Shown here one piece after another: positions 1 through 7,642 of a stretch of 64,000 bases of DNA; the stretch's first letter is position 1; each line of letters begins with the position of its first letter. The notes under the pieces are model-generated. The model made no database searches and had not been told where the DNA came from. It saw nothing but the letters and a program-made list of their open reading frames with translations. Source of the DNA: Thermoplasmatales archaeon (GTDB lineage Archaea > Thermoplasmatota > Thermoplasmata > Thermoplasmatales > GCA-001856825); the NCBI GenBank assembly GCA_038729485.1, contig JAVYRX010000005.1, forward strand, positions 1,417 to 65,416. Reading direction: 5' to 3'. Both the position numbers and the translations under genes were made by a program.

Positions 1-106
1 ATTATGGTACTTCTGATCGGGTCTCTCCTAAAATCTCTAATGTTTTGGAATAGTTGCATTTTGTAAATTATGTTAAACAATCAAAAATATTTAACCACTT
101 AGAGCA

Positions 107-1153
107 TTGAACCTTGTGAGGGATGTCATAGTTGAAGGCAACATATTCCATAATGGCCGTATGGTACACGGAAAATATAGCATGATGCAAGATATTTTCG
201 TGCAGGATTCATCCAGGCCGACGTTAAGGGGCACTCTTTTGAAAGGACCTATAAATTTTCATACTCATCTTGGCGATTCATTTATTTCTGAAGAGCCGAT
301 CGGGGATATCCCCTCCATCGTAGGACCTGGGGGATTCAAAATAAGAAAGCTCAATGAGGCCGGAATTAAAAAAATAAGAAAAGGAATGAGAAATGCGATA
401 GAATACATGAAAAATCTAGGAACAGCAGCCTTTTTTGACTTCAGAGAATCAGGTATTAGAGGCATTAAATCGGTCCCAGGATTCAAAGGAATAGAAGGAC
501 AATTTCTTACTAGGCCATCGGACCCTTCTGAAGTTAGGCATCTCCTGGATGTTTCCGCAGGTTTCGGTCTAAGTTCCATTTCAGATTACAGGGAATCTGA
601 GCTGACGAGACTGTCAAGCGAAGCTCATAAACGAGGCAAGATACTTGCGATTCATTTTAGTGAGAGCAAGAGAGAGGACGTTCAGACTCTAATAGATCTG
701 AAACCTGATTTCGTAGTCCACTGCGTAGAGGCCACTGAAAGGGATCTTGCTTTAATTAGGGCAGGGAAGATTCCAATCGTTGTTACTCCAAGGTCTAACG
801 TCTTTCATGGAAAGAGGCCAGACTACAATAAAATATTCAAGTCTGGTGCTGACGTCCTCCTAGGCACTGACAATGCATTTATTGTAGAACCTGACGTGCT
901 GGAAGAAGCGTCGTTCATATTTCAATATCAGCACAGTATTTCAAGGATAGACCCCGACTCTGTAATTTCTGCCATAACTGAGGCACCAAGGAATGTGATG
1001 AAGAAATTAGGCCTAACTATGAGATTTGAGACTTACCTATACTTCGAGGAAGAGCTCACCTCTTACCAAATACTTACGAGACCTCACTTGTATAGGATGC
1101 ATGTTTTGCATCTCAAATCTGGAAGGATAAATTTTTTTCCAAGGAGAGACTGA
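107..1153 (+). CDS. Amidohydrolase-superfamily metallo-hydrolase (chlorohydrolase/deaminase-like)
   Basis: HxH metal motif (INFHTHLGD), IHFSE, VVHC, and LGTDN Asp motif typical of TIM-barrel amidohydrolases. Confidence 0.8.
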   Translation: MNLVRDVIVEGNIFHNGRMVHGKYSMMQDIFVQDSSRPTLRGTLLKGPINFHTHLGDSFISEEPIGDIPSIVGPGGFKIRKLNEAGIKKIRKGMRNAIEYMKNLGTAAFFDFRESGIRGIKSVPGFKGIEGQFLTRPSDPSEVRHLLDVSAGFGLSSISDYRESELTRLSSEAHKRGKILAIHFSESKREDVQTLIDLKPDFVVHCVEATERDLALIRAGKIPIVVTPRSNVFHGKRPDYNKIFKSGADVLLGTDNAFIVEPDVLEEASFIFQYQHSISRIDPDSVISAITEAPRNVMKKLGLTMRFETYLYFEEELTSYQILTRPHLYRMHVLHLKSGRINFFPRRD

Positions 1154-1173
1154 AGATGGGAGTGAGAAGTTAA

Positions 1174-2418
1174 GTGGTCGGAAACGAATTCATTGAGGAA
1201 TCGATAAGGAGATTTTCGGAAGCCGTTCAAAACAACGCGCAGGCGATAGAGGAGTTCAAAAATCAGATCACCTTGCAGGGTCGCCCCCCACAGAAGGCGG
1301 CCGTTGACCTAATTAGGAAATATTCAGGAGATCTGAACACGTTCTTCAAGACGCCTCCTATAAATGCAATTTCTCTGGGATATAGAGGGAATGTACTTGG
1401 AGCGGTTTCATCCATAAGGTGCTCTGAATATGAGAAGGACGGCGCCAAGAAAATCAGGTGCATAGGGTCGTTGGAAGACAGGACTGGGCGCCTCCCGTTT
1501 ACGGAATTTCCCGAAGGTTCTAGCAGGTTGTCGAAAGGGGACCTAGTTCTCATTAGCAATGCTTACGTTGGAAGTTTTAACGATAGGCCGTATTTAACCC
1601 TCTCCTCTAGAATTGAGATAAGTATCATAGAGCATTCAGGTGCCGCAAACCAAAGCGGTAATTTGAAGATAAAAGACCTCCATCCCGATATGTACGATGT
1701 AAAGATCAAGGGCAGCCTGGCCTATATAGGCAAGGTGAATGACGTGGGGAAAACGCACTCAACCCTTTTCAAGGGGCTGCTCAAGGATGAAACTGGAAGC
1801 ATACCGGTAGAAAGTTGGGGGCTTGAATTGAAAGACGGAAACGTCGAGATAGTCGGGGCATCCGTGAAGCAGTTTAATAACAGGATATACCTGCACGTAG
1901 GCAACGGCACACAAATCAGGTATGAGACTTACGACGAGACCGGAGAGTTTGATAACCTTGAGCTTCTTATCAGTTCTTCAAGGGGTATTTTCAGGGGAAG
2001 CGGTATTATAATCAAAATAATAGACAAGAATTTGACCGTAAGGGTATGCACGACATGTCAGAGGGTCGTTAAAGGCGACAAATGTCAAAATCACCCTGAA
2101 TCGCCCGTTGAGAAGATACTTAGGCTATCTCTCATTTTGGATGATGGTCATGCTGCTCCCCTTGCTTACGCCTACCAGAAGGTTTTAGAAAAATACGTTG
2201 AGGGAGGAAAGGATAAAATAAGGGAGCACATAGAGAAAGGTACAGAGAATGAGCTGCTTCCACAACTGAAGGGGTCAATCGTTATGAAACCGGCGAAATT
2301 TACTATTTTTGGATTTAAGGGAGAGACTGGCAATTATTTGGAGTTACAGGAGCTTCAAATCCTGGAGGGAGAGGCCCTTGATTCCGAATATAACAAGATG
2401 ATAGAGGCGCTAAAATGA
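1174..2418 (+). CDS. rpa: Replication protein A large subunit (multi OB-fold with Zn finger)
   Basis: Repeated OB-fold signatures (GSLEDRTGR, GLLKDETGSI, LILDDGH) and a C-terminal CTTC...C..H zinc finger, as in euryarchaeal RPA. Confidence 0.8.
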   Translation: MVGNEFIEESIRRFSEAVQNNAQAIEEFKNQITLQGRPPQKAAVDLIRKYSGDLNTFFKTPPINAISLGYRGNVLGAVSSIRCSEYEKDGAKKIRCIGSLEDRTGRLPFTEFPEGSSRLSKGDLVLISNAYVGSFNDRPYLTLSSRIEISIIEHSGAANQSGNLKIKDLHPDMYDVKIKGSLAYIGKVNDVGKTHSTLFKGLLKDETGSIPVESWGLELKDGNVEIVGASVKQFNNRIYLHVGNGTQIRYETYDETGEFDNLELLISSSRGIFRGSGIIIKIIDKNLTVRVCTTCQRVVKGDKCQNHPESPVEKILRLSLILDDGHAAPLAYAYQKVLEKYVEGGKDKIREHIEKGTENELLPQLKGSIVMKPAKFTIFGFKGETGNYLELQELQILEGEALDSEYNKMIEALK

Positions 2419-3188
2419 AACCGAGGGAACCCGCTATAAGAATTACAACTACTGAACTGCTGGGCATTGATGAAATGGTTCCTGACTATGAAGGTCAGAC
2501 CTTGGGCTTGACAGAACTAGGATTGCCCCTTAGCAGATTCATTATGGCAGGCAGATATGTGGGAAGGTCTGACGAGAACGAGAGGGTCATGGTTCGCATT
2601 TCAGACGACCTTAACGAAGTTACTATGTTAGTCGGAAACTATTTCTCCGAGAGCCTGGAAATTTTCGAAGAGTTTGAGGCAAACGATCCTTTAGTAATAA
2701 TTGGAAAGGTCTCATTTCTTACGGGTCAGACGCAACTGTCCAAGAGATTTTATTTGGAGAATATCAGGAAAATATCCGATGTAGAAATGAGGTATTTTCA
2801 GGCAAGCGCAATCTTATTTCTAAAGGAGAGGATAGACAAGATAGCGAAAGCTGTTTCATCGGGGATGAAGGAAAAGCAGGAACTTTCCGCGCTCATGGAT
2901 TCAGAAAGGCTTGGTCTTGGTCTCTCAAAAAGATTCGAGCTGAAGGGGTCGGTGGACGTGGAGAAATTTATCTCTTTGGTCAATTCATTTACCGAAGGAC
3001 TTTCAAAGAAAAATAAGCAGATAGTTCTTGAGGAGATAAAAGGAAACAGAGAAATATCGCTGGAAGAACTGGTCAGCAGGCTTGGGGATAAGCTGAGCAG
3101 GGAAAGCATAGAAGAGGAGCTTAGAAATCTGCTTAATGAGGGAGAATTAATGGAAGTCAGAACAGGCATTTACAGGTATGTTTCCTGA
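2415..3188 (+). CDS. RPA-associated / RPA2-like subunit (OB-fold plus C-terminal winged helix)
   Basis: ATGA overlap with rpa. OB-like N-terminus (RISDD); C-terminal wHTH-like 'IEEELRNLLNEGELMEVRTGIYRYV'. Confidence 0.65.
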   Translation: MKPREPAIRITTTELLGIDEMVPDYEGQTLGLTELGLPLSRFIMAGRYVGRSDENERVMVRISDDLNEVTMLVGNYFSESLEIFEEFEANDPLVIIGKVSFLTGQTQLSKRFYLENIRKISDVEMRYFQASAILFLKERIDKIAKAVSSGMKEKQELSALMDSERLGLGLSKRFELKGSVDVEKFISLVNSFTEGLSKKNKQIVLEEIKGNREISLEELVSRLGDKLSRESIEEELRNLLNEGELMEVRTGIYRYVS

Positions 3189-3189
3189 A

Positions 3190-4659
3190 TCAATGCTTGA
3201 AACCTCTTTCCCCAACATCTATAAAATTCATTCCGTATTTGTTCGCAAGGGAGATCACCTCATCATCCCTCACAGACCCTGTAGGTGCTGCCACGTTATG
3301 AATTCCATTAGACCACATGTATTCTATTGAATCCGGGAAAGGGAAAAATCCGTCTGAGATCAATAGGGAATCATTTGTTATCCTCCCTTTCTCCTTTGCC
3401 CTATCTATTGCGATTTTCACGGAATCAACTCTGTTAGGTTGGCCACCACAAGAGGAGATCAACCAGCCATCGCTCACTATAACTATTGCGTTACTCTTAA
3501 CTGATTTCACGATCTCCCACCCGAATTTTACATCTTCAATGATCCGCTGCGACGCTTCCCCAGATTTTATCTCGATCTTCAGGTTAGATTTCCTGTTCCA
3601 TTCCTGAACCAGAAGTAGATTTCCGGCCGACCTAATATCCGGGATCTTGTATGCTTCCTCTCTTCCTCTTAGGACCCTGAGGTTCTTCCTCTTCAGTAGA
3701 GCATCCAGTGCATTTCCTGAAAAATCCTTTGCGATTAGAACTTCAATGTATTTTCCTTTCAAGTATTCGGTCACAGCTTCGTCAACTTGTGAATTGACCG
3801 CGACTACCCCACCATAGGCAGAGATTGGATCTGACTCGAATGCTTTTCTCAGGCTGTCATGTCCTATGGCCGCACCGCATGGGGCAGCGTGCTTGATGAC
3901 AGAACTTGAGCCTTGTCCCAGCCTAAGGACAAGGTCCCATGATGCCCATGCATCCATGATGTTGTTGAAGCTAATTTCCTTCCCTTCCTTCACGATTTCA
4001 AAAAATGGATTGTAGGTGGCATAGGCGTGCGCTTTCTGGTGCGGATTCTCCCCGTACCTCAAGTCAGAAATAGATTGCCCGGCTACAGAAAAAATGTTGC
4101 CTTCTCCCCCAAACCATTCAGATACGACGAAGTCGTACCAAGAGGTGAACCTAAAAACTTCAGAAGCTAAGAACCTTCTCAAATCTAATGAAACCTCACC
4201 ATCTTTCATTTCTGCAGTAACCTTTTCCATATTCTTTCTACCAACAACTGGAATTACCCTGGAAAAGTTTTTAGCTGCTGATCTAAGGAGTGTGATGCCT
4301 CCGATATCTATAAATTCAGTTAGGTCTGTCTCTCCTGCCAAGAATTTCCCCCTAAAATCGTAAGGTTCTACATAAACTAGATCTATGGGCTTGCATCCAA
4401 ATTTTCTTATCTCTTCATCATCTCTAGTCCTTGCAAGTATCCCAGCAAGGAGGTTAAACGAGAGAGTCTTGATCCTGCCTCCCAGAATTTCAGGGGTTAA
4501 CGTTATTTTCTCAATTGGCTCGCATTTGACCCCTTTATCATCAAGATAGGCTTTAGTACCGCTGGTACAAAATAGATTGTATCCCTGGTCTATCAGGAAA
4601 AAAGATGACCTTTCTAAATCAGATTTATCGGATGTGGAAATAATTGCATTCCTTTCCAA
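3190..4659 (-). CDS. purH: Bifunctional AICAR transformylase/IMP cyclohydrolase
   Basis: GGRIKTL, IDIGGITLLRSAAKN, LRYGENPHQ, IKHAAPCG, KSNAIV, SDGFFPF motifs. Confidence 0.95.
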   Translation of the reverse strand: MERNAIISTSDKSDLERSSFFLIDQGYNLFCTSGTKAYLDDKGVKCEPIEKITLTPEILGGRIKTLSFNLLAGILARTRDDEEIRKFGCKPIDLVYVEPYDFRGKFLAGETDLTEFIDIGGITLLRSAAKNFSRVIPVVGRKNMEKVTAEMKDGEVSLDLRRFLASEVFRFTSWYDFVVSEWFGGEGNIFSVAGQSISDLRYGENPHQKAHAYATYNPFFEIVKEGKEISFNNIMDAWASWDLVLRLGQGSSSVIKHAAPCGAAIGHDSLRKAFESDPISAYGGVVAVNSQVDEAVTEYLKGKYIEVLIAKDFSGNALDALLKRKNLRVLRGREEAYKIPDIRSAGNLLLVQEWNRKSNLKIEIKSGEASQRIIEDVKFGWEIVKSVKSNAIVIVSDGWLISSCGGQPNRVDSVKIAIDRAKEKGRITNDSLLISDGFFPFPDSIEYMWSNGIHNVAAPTGSVRDDEVISLANKYGMNFIDVGERGFKH

Positions 4660-4786
4660 GTTGGATCACATTGAGACATTCACTAATCGTTAAAATAATT
4701 TTCAAAAACAACCCAAAAAATTACTGGCAGAGTCACAAAAATTTTAATCATATGAGAAATTGTAGAAGATAACGGAGGAATCCTTA

Positions 4787-5983
4787 ATGGCGAAAAATAT
4801 AATCGTTGAATCTTTGCCACAGGCCCCGGTAGAGCAGAGAGAGGTGGAGATAGTCGAACGTAAAGGAATCGGCCATCCAGACTCAGTATCTGACGGAATT
4901 GCTGAAGCAGTAAGTAGGTCTCTTTCCAAATATTACTTGGAAAATTACGACCGAATTCTTCATCATAATACAGATCAGGTGGAGGTCGTGGGTGGGCAGT
5001 CTCAGCCAGAGTTTAACGGCGGTATTATATTGGAACCTGTGTATATTTTACTGTCAGGAAGAGCCACAACACAGGTGAACGGAAAAAGGATACCGTATAG
5101 GAGCATAGCTATCAAAGCTGCATCAGATTATCTCAAGGAGAGATTTGATACATTGAATATAGAAAGTGACGTAATGATTGACTGCAGGATAGGTCACGGG
5201 TCCGTTGATCTTAGGTCTCTCTATGATACCAGGAAACTGCTGTCAAACGACACGTCTTTCGGCGTTGGCTTTGCTCCATTTTCTGAAACCGAAACTGCCG
5301 TACTTGCTGCAGAGAAATATATTAATGGAGACCTGAAAAAGACAGTTCCGTCTCTAGGTTATGACGTCAAGGTTATGGGCTTTAGAAATAAAGGGACTAT
5401 AAACCTGACGATTGCGGCTGCCATGATCGGAAAATACATCAACAACAAGGAGGATTATACGGACAAGAAGGAAAAGGCCAGAGAGCTCATAGAGAGCCAT
5501 GTGCAGAAAAGAACAAAAAGGGAGGTCAAGGTGTTCGTAAATACCGCAGATAATCCGAATGATAACATCTATTATCTCACAGTAACGGGGCTCTCAATGG
5601 AAAATGGTGATGACGGTTCTGTCGGAAGGGGGAACAGAGTTACTGGCCTGATCACGCCGTATCGCCCAATGAGCATGGAAGCAGCTGCAGGCAAGAATCC
5701 GGTCACGCACGTTGGAAAGCTGTACAACATAGCAGCTATGAAGATAGCGGAAGAAGCGATTAAGGAATCAGGCGGAGACATTCCAGAAATTCATGTAAGG
5801 ATCGTTTCACAAATAGGGAGGCCCATTGATGACCCCCACGTTGCGAACATACAAATTGTCGGAGCATCTGAACAGATGGCAAAAAAGTATTCTGGAAAGT
5901 TCACGTCAATTGCGGATGATTGGCTTTCCAATCTTGATCGCATAACGAAGGGTCTCGTTGCGGGAGAAATAAATACATTCTGA
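4787..5983 (+). CDS. mat: Archaeal-type S-adenosylmethionine synthetase
   Basis: VERKGIGHPDS, HHNTD, NDTSFGVG, GDDGSVGRGNR, EAAAGKNPVTHVGKLYN motifs. Confidence 0.95.
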   Translation: MAKNIIVESLPQAPVEQREVEIVERKGIGHPDSVSDGIAEAVSRSLSKYYLENYDRILHHNTDQVEVVGGQSQPEFNGGIILEPVYILLSGRATTQVNGKRIPYRSIAIKAASDYLKERFDTLNIESDVMIDCRIGHGSVDLRSLYDTRKLLSNDTSFGVGFAPFSETETAVLAAEKYINGDLKKTVPSLGYDVKVMGFRNKGTINLTIAAAMIGKYINNKEDYTDKKEKARELIESHVQKRTKREVKVFVNTADNPNDNIYYLTVTGLSMENGDDGSVGRGNRVTGLITPYRPMSMEAAAGKNPVTHVGKLYNIAAMKIAEEAIKESGGDIPEIHVRIVSQIGRPIDDPHVANIQIVGASEQMAKKYSGKFTSIADDWLSNLDRITKGLVAGEINTF

Positions 5984-5988
5984 CCCAT

Positions 5989-6444
5989 ATGTTTGTGCAG
6001 TTCCACTCATTTAGCACTTCCCAACTGGACGAAGTAGTTGAGTTGGCCAGAAGAAACCTAACTGAGAGGTACAGCGATTTTGTTTTCCTCGACATCCAGA
6101 GGGCCTGGCCCTCTGGTTTTATTGTTGCCATTGCGGACAGCAGCATTGCCGGGTTTATCTGCGGCGGATTATCAGGCGACAGGGAGGCTAGAATATTGAT
6201 GCTTGCGGTTGATGCACCATACAGGAGGAAGGGGATAGGTTCCGCGCTGATGTCCCTTTTTGAGCAGGAAGCCATAAAGGTCAGGGTGAGGAGAATAAAG
6301 CTAGAGGTCAGAACTGACAGCGAAGGAGCCATAGCTTTCTACAGAAATCACAGTTACTCCGTCAGCGGTCTACTACCTTCATATTACAACGATGGCACGG
6401 ATGCCTTCACGATGGAAAAAGTGATCGCAGGAGGCCAAGACTAA
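5989..6444 (+). CDS. GNAT N-acetyltransferase, RimI/Ard1 family
   Basis: LAVDAPYRRKGIGSALM acetyl-CoA motif; LEVR...AIAFY...YYNDG.DA. Confidence 0.85.
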   Translation: MFVQFHSFSTSQLDEVVELARRNLTERYSDFVFLDIQRAWPSGFIVAIADSSIAGFICGGLSGDREARILMLAVDAPYRRKGIGSALMSLFEQEAIKVRVRRIKLEVRTDSEGAIAFYRNHSYSVSGLLPSYYNDGTDAFTMEKVIAGGQD

Positions 6445-6635
6445 AATTTCAGGAATATATATTTGTCAACTTTTTCAGAGAGGTCACGATCGAACTTATC
6501 GGGATATTGCCCTCTGTACCCCGCAAGCGCGATTGCCATTGTCCGATTTTCAGTGAGTATTTGGTAGTACTTGAATCTCAGTGAAGCAAGCCTTCCCTCA
6601 AGTGCAATTACCTTTCCTTGACCTGAGTTCGGCAT
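6441..6635 (-). CDS. Small hypothetical protein (64 aa); may be the C-terminal half of a gene frameshifted with the 6608-6751 ORF
   Basis: In the ORF track. GGAGG lies ~11 nt upstream of its ATG. It overlaps the upstream small ORF by 28 nt, and the heptad pattern continues (KVIALEGRLASLRFKYYQIL). Confidence 0.5.
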   Translation of the reverse strand: MPNSGQGKVIALEGRLASLRFKYYQILTENRTMAIALAGYRGQYPDKFDRDLSEKVDKYIFLKF

Positions 6636-6751
6636 TTTTCAAATTCCTCCAGTTTCTTGGACAATATTAGATGGTCGTCCTGTGCTATCTTTATTTTTTC
6701 CTCAAGATTACGAACCTCAAGCTCCAACTGGTCTATCTCCGTATTATCCAT
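6608..6751 (-). CDS. Unannotated 47-aa coiled-coil protein directly downstream of the candidate fluoride riboswitch
   Basis: Hand-translated: MDNTEIDQLELEVRNLEEKIKIAQDDHLILSKKLEEFEKCRTQVKER. SD-like AAGGTG just upstream of the ATG. Confidence 0.65.
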   Translation of the reverse strand: MDNTEIDQLELEVRNLEEKIKIAQDDHLILSKKLEEFEKCRTQVKER

Positions 6752-6763
6752 TATCACACCTTA

Positions 6764-6828
6764 GTTTAGGAATCATCATCCCAAAGGGTGTTTGGCTCTT
6801 TTGGAGCTCAGGAGGATCCCATCTCCTA
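6764..6828 (-). promoter_or_regulatory. Candidate fluoride riboswitch (crcB motif)
   Basis: Minus strand reads AGGAG-ATGGGATC-CTCCT-GAGCTCCAAAAGAGCC-AAACA-CCCTTTGGG-A-TGATG-ATTCC-TA. P1 is AGGAG/CTCCT, the pseudoknot is GGGAT/ATTCC, and P2 is CCC/GGG. The conserved GAUG, AAAC, UGAUG and 3' CUA elements are in the canonical order. Confidence 0.8.
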
Positions 6829-6865
6829 CAGTGAATCAAAGAATGGTATTTCAAGATTTCCAAGA

Positions 6866-7642
6866 TTAGATTATGAATTCGTCCTGATCAGGCTTTATTT
6901 CTGGGACAGGTAATGTATCCCTCTCTTTTGAAAGTACGCTAACCCATATGTCCCCATACGGCATTTCCTGGTTAAGGTAGATCCTACCGTAAAACGCAAG
7001 GAATAATGAAGACTGGAAGACGTCTATGAAGTCGTCAGCTCCTCCTCTCACCAATGATTCCATTGAGAAATGATCTACGTTATGGGCTACCATCCTGCTC
7101 CATACTTCAGATATTATTGCATGGAGGTCCTCGGGATGTGCAGTTTCCTGGAATATGATTTTCTTTGCCTTTCTTACAGAGTTCTTTATAAAATTCAATG
7201 GGGTATTCCTTATTGCGTTGACTATGTCGTCAACCGTCACGCTTCTCTTCTCTACGGGGAGGTAATCAATTGAAATAGGGGCCTCTTCAGATGGCTGCTC
7301 GTCAACGAACAACGGGTCCTCAACAGAATCGTCCTCCACTTCAGGTGGTGGTATCAGAAGATCACTCTTACTCCTTATGTTAACCCAAGCTAGATAAATG
7401 ATCTTTCCAGCAACAGGAAGGTCCCTAAAATTCTCATTGATTTCGTTAATAAAAATGGAAGTAAACTTGTCAAGGTCAATATTCCAGGGATCAAGATTGA
7501 ATTTTTCGACTACTTCGAACACCTTCAATACGAGTTCAGACTTCCTTTGTTCCAGATCAGCCGTGATCTCCTTCTCTATAATTTTCTCTATCACAGCCTG
7601 ATCCTTGTCACTATCAACAATCTGCATTATCAGCTCTGTCAT
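6866..7642 (-). CDS. scpA: Segregation and condensation protein A (kleisin)
   Basis: LDPWNIDL motif, C-terminal FQSSLFLAFYGRIYLNQEMPYGDIWV, and ATGA overlap with smc. Confidence 0.9.
   Translation of the reverse strand: MTELIMQIVDSDKDQAVIEKIIEKEITADLEQRKSELVLKVFEVVEKFNLDPWNIDLDKFTSIFINEINENFRDLPVAGKIIYLAWVNIRSKSDLLIPPPEVEDDSVEDPLFVDEQPSEEAPISIDYLPVEKRSVTVDDIVNAIRNTPLNFIKNSVRKAKKIIFQETAHPEDLHAIISEVWSRMVAHNVDHFSMESLVRGGADDFIDVFQSSLFLAFYGRIYLNQEMPYGDIWVSVLSKERDTLPVPEIKPDQDEFII

Noticed and set aside
1-59. Possible start of a minus-strand gene (MQLFQNIRDFRRDPIRSTI...) running off the window
   Set aside because: Only 19 codons are visible, too little to support or identify.
3190-4659. Bacterial-type purH in an archaeon as recent horizontal transfer
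   Set aside because: PurH rather than PurP/PurO is already known in Thermoplasmatales-type archaea.
6770-6812. C/D-box sRNA suggested by CTGA and ATGATGA on the minus strand
   Set aside because: The boxes are in the wrong order for a C/D guide; the fluoride riboswitch fold explains these nucleotides better.
6441-6865. Expected scpB downstream of smc-scpA
   Set aside because: The small ORFs here lack ScpB winged-helix motifs. An unlinked or absent scpB is common in archaea.
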